A stretch of 64,000 nucleotides of DNA from positions 36,160,001 to 36,224,000 of the forward strand of contig CP068257.2 of assembly GCA_009914755.4 (NCBI GenBank), read 5' to 3'. Shown here in pieces: positions 60,766 through 64,000 of this stretch (positions are counted from its first letter, which is position 1; the number at the start of each line of letters is the position of its first letter). The DNA comes from the human T2T-CHM13v2.0 reference genome, Homo sapiens. A program made the position numbers and the translations under genes. The notes below the pieces were generated by a model. That model did no database searches and was not told where the DNA came from. It saw only the letters and a list, made by a program, of their open reading frames with translations.

Positions 60766-62281
60766 GACGTAAAATATTTTAAAGTATTTTTAATGTATTA
60801 AAGTTGCTGTAATTTTTTTCACAGCAAAGTCGTCAGAAAAATAAAGGTGGTTTTATTCAAACATTTAAAATTTGCTAATGTTAATCAAACATTTAAAATC
60901 TATCTCTTGCTTGCCCTTAAAAAAATGATCGAAGTTGACTTTTTGGAGGTGGTTGATGAATGGCACGTAGCGGAAAGAAATGCACCTCTTCCCTGCTCTA
61001 GAAGAAGACATTCCTTTCCCATTATGGTATTTGCTTAGCCATTGATGTGGCTAGCCATTTGCTAGCATGTGGACACCTAGGGTGATGGGAGAAGAATCTC
61101 TATCCAGTTCTAGTTAAACATAGAGATGTTCTAGTAACCAGATGGTTTTTGCTTGGCAGTTTAACAAGCAAAGTGTTTATTGGCTTTGGAAACCCATTCA
61201 TAGCATTGTGTTTTGGGTATTCATGGTTCTGTCTGTTTTTTTTTTTTCTTCCAGAGTGTGGCCATGGTTTATGTTCCCATCAATTTTATTGTGTGGTAAT
61301 TATATGTTAATTCTTTGCTCAGCCTACTGATAGAATATCCTTACCTAATTATGTATTTCATTGTAGATTTCTATGTAAAATAAGTGTGTGGTATATTTAA
61401 TTAGTCATGAGTTTAATTTAAATGAAATGTTTGGTATGTTGACCACATGATTAGCATTTTGTAGCATCTATAGAAGTTGCCTCACATCTTATATATTTTA
61501 TAATTTGCTGTATCTTTGTAAGGACCAATAAACTCGGACATTGGGTACGACTCTAAGGTCTGTTCTCAACTTTTAAATTTCCTTATGCATTGAGAAACAT
61601 TTATGCAATCTTTTTCATAATGACAGAGCACATTAGAAGAATGGGTGCACCCAGTCATTGACCCAAGGATTCGGAATTCAACTTTGATAGAATTCTCTTA
61701 TGACAGTTGATTCACAGACCAAAATCATTAGAGATATTGTTCAGCCAAACCTGAAACCTAAAACCAATAAATCGATAGTCAGGTGAAGAGCTCTTATTTA
61801 AATGTATCTGGAAACCAATATAGATGGAAAAATAAAAATAGCTTTATCAGAAATATTAATCAGTACGGTACCCTTCCAATTCAGTCAGGTGAGTTAAAAA
61901 TAATATTCACTGAACCAGAGTATCCATTTCTAACAGAAGGAAGCCTTGGGAAAACTGTTAGCATCATAACTTATGTGCAACACCATCTGATGTAATTCAC
62001 CCAGACACCTGAGACTCCATTCATGGACAATGATGCTTAGGTTCTAAGCCACTGATCCTCCTGTCATTTAGAGAACGTGGCGAATTTGGACTTAAAGATT
62101 AGAAAGAAATCTGCTCATGTGCTGTGGATTGTGAATTAGTTGATAAGGCCCACGGATCCACTGCATATTTGGACAATACAGGCTGGTCCATTTTGTGATG
62201 GCACTGGCCACATTCTTTCATTCCAGGTCTGAGAAGAGCACATTTCATCACTTTAGGATGCTTTCACTTACAGAGAACCAG

Positions 62282-62684
62282 TGATATGATTTGGCTCTGT
62301 GTCCCCACGCAAATCTCATATTGAATTGTAACCCCCAATGTTGGAGGTGGGGCCTGGTGAGAGATGATTTGATCACGGGGGCGGATTTCCCCTTCAGTGC
62401 TGCTCTAGTGATACTGAGTAAGTGCTCGAGAGATCCAGTTGTTTAAAAGTGTATGGAACCCCCTCCCCCTACTTCCTCCTGTTCTGGCCATGTGACATGC
62501 CTGCTCCTTTTTTGCCCTTCACCATGATTGTAAGTTTCCTGGGGCCTCCCCAGAAGCTGATTAGATGCCAGCACCATGCTTCCTGTACAGCCTGTGGAAC
62601 TGTGGAGCTAATGAAACCTCTTTTCTTTATCAATTACCCAGTCTCGGGTAATTCTTTATAGCAGTGCAAGAATGGACTAATACA
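62282..62684 (+). mobile_element. MaLR solo LTR (THE1/MST family) with a 5-bp target-site duplication accag
   Basis: tgatatgatttggctctgtgtccccacgcaaatctcatattgaattgtaacccccaatgttggaggtggggcctggtgagagatgatttgatcacgggggcggatttcccc...cctctttt ctttatcaattacccagtctcgggtaattctttatagcagtgcaagaatggactaataca. accag occurs at 62277-62281 and again at 62685-62689. Confidence 0.9.
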
Positions 62685-63308
62685 ACCAGTTTGGGGTTTT
62701 TCAAACCAAGTTGTAAATTCTTTTAACATTTTCAGTTTGCAAGACTACAGGTGGAAAAAAAGGACAGAGCAGAGAGCAGGGCAGGAGATGATACAGAAAT
62801 AAGAGCAGGGGAGAGGGGTGTCAGTGCTGAAGGGATTTTTTTCTTTACCCAGTCCTTTCATCACAGTGAAATTAGCATGTGTTCAAGACTTATGTAAAAT
62901 TACACAGAGGTTTGGGGTCAGGAATGAAAGGAAATCAATGTAAATAACTTTTTAACGTTATATTTTCTTGGTATGGGTGGATATTTTGGAATAAAGATTC
63001 ACTTACCATGCTACAGAGGAAGACCTGTATTTAATAGTCTCATGATTAGAGGAGGAGGAAGGTGCACAGTTAAATGTGGGCAACATTAATGGTTAATTTT
63101 TGCAGGCCAAATTTAATAAGGTGTTCATGGAGAAGTGTTCGTAAGCCTCCATTGTAACTTTCCATATGAAATCTATCATCAGGAGAAATTTCCATTTTTC
63201 AAAGGAAAAAAATATGCCTTGTATTTCATATTCATATGGTCTTTAATAATTAGACTTCATCATAGAAAACTGCATTTCTCATTTGAAGAAGGCTTTATTC
63301 TAATAAAT

Positions 63309-63619
63309 TCCACTTTCCTTTTTTATTTTTATTTTTTATTTTGAGACCAGGTCTTGCTCTGCTGCCCAGACTAGAGTACACTTGGCTCACTTCAACCTCC
63401 ACCTCCCAGGTTCAAGTGATTCTCCTGCCTCAGCTTCCGAATAGCCATAATAGGGATTGCAGGCATGCACCACCATGCTCAGCTTATTTTTGCATTTTTA
63501 GTAGAGACAGGGTTTCACCATATTAGCCAAGCCGATCTTGAACTCCTGACCTCAAGTGATCTGCCCGCCTCAGCCTCCCAAAGTGCTGGGATTACAGGCA
63601 TGAGCCACTGTGCCCAGCC
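63309..63619 (-). mobile_element. Alu, minus orientation, flanked by a ~8-bp target-site duplication (ctttcct)
   Basis: A T-rich tail is followed by gagaccaggtcttgctctgctgcccagactagagtacacttggctcacttcaacctccacctcccaggttcaagtgattctcctgcctcagcttccgaatagcc...gcctcccaaagtgctgggattacaggcatgagccactgtgcccagcc. The flanks are ccactttcctttttt upstream and ccctttcctcttaaa downstream. Confidence 0.95.
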
Positions 63620-63810
63620 CCCTTTCCTCTTAAAAATGCTTTGTGTATCCTGTTTATTTAGCTTAAGAGCACTATAACGCTATGTTCAAAACCTAAATCA
63701 TTACAAGCTATTTATACTGCAAGCACTCCATTTTTTAATAGTTCTGTCTGAAATTTCTGAACGACACCTGAAAGGTTTAACAATGATTTACCATTCTTTC
63801 CTCTCTTTAG

Positions 63811-63893
63811 ATCATCCAGCCCGTGGAATAGATGCCCAGAAAAAACTTCAGCTGACTTTGACTAAACCTCCTAAAAGTCAGGTTGAAATTATT
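63811..63893 (+). other. Candidate internal exon (83 nt) with a consensus-like acceptor and a GTGAGT donor. The parent gene was not recognised.
   Basis: A polypyrimidine tract ttaccattctttcctctctttag leads into ATCATCCAGCCCGTGGAATAGATGCCCAGAAAAAACTTCAGCTGACTTTGACTAAACCTCCTAAAAGTCAGGTTGAAATTATT, followed by gtgagt. One frame is open across the exon (..HPARGIDAQKKLQLTLTKPPKSQVEII..). Confidence 0.25.
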
Positions 63894-64000
63894 GTGAGTC
63901 CCAATCCCCAATGCAGTGTTACAAACAAAATCTATTTTTATTCTTCAGCTCCATACTGTGGGTAACAGCTTCAGCAAAGAATTTGACCTCAAGCAAGATG

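Overview
This window is primate, almost certainly human, nuclear genomic DNA. It is not a prokaryotic or phage locus. The evidence is seven Alu SINEs with A-tails and target-site duplications, many LINE-1 (L1) fragments including nested insertions, at least ten MaLR retrotransposon long terminal repeats (LTRs) of the THE1/MST and MLT1 types, MIR SINEs, (GT)n microsatellites and an interstitial telomeric repeat. Roughly half the window is recognisable interspersed repeat. I found no operon-like or defence-system-like gene arrangement, no CRISPR array, no tRNA and no convincing intact protein-coding gene. Nearly every ORF in the supplied six-frame track is either a fragment of L1 ORF2, an Alu or L1 antisense read-through, or a stop-free run in GC-rich, purine- or pyrimidine-skewed DNA. 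Repeat-family calls were made by eye from remembered consensus sequences and should be confirmed with RepeatMasker. The most useful non-trivial observations are: a degenerate 5S rRNA-derived pseudogene fragment (~45.7 kb); a (CCCTAA)n interstitial telomeric repeat ~130 bp upstream of an L1 insertion with a 17-bp target-site duplication (~59.3-60.4 kb); three solo THE1-type LTR insertions with identifiable 5-bp duplications, one of them inside an older L1; an L1 nested in an L1 with a 12-bp duplication; two pairs of long inverted repeats and one pair of direct repeats not explained by the common families; a G-rich, GC-rich non-repeat block at ~51.9-53.4 kb that could be regulatory; and one splice-site-flanked candidate exon at the very end of the window. 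Nothing here supports a novel biological system. The window looks like ordinary repeat-rich intronic or intergenic human DNA.
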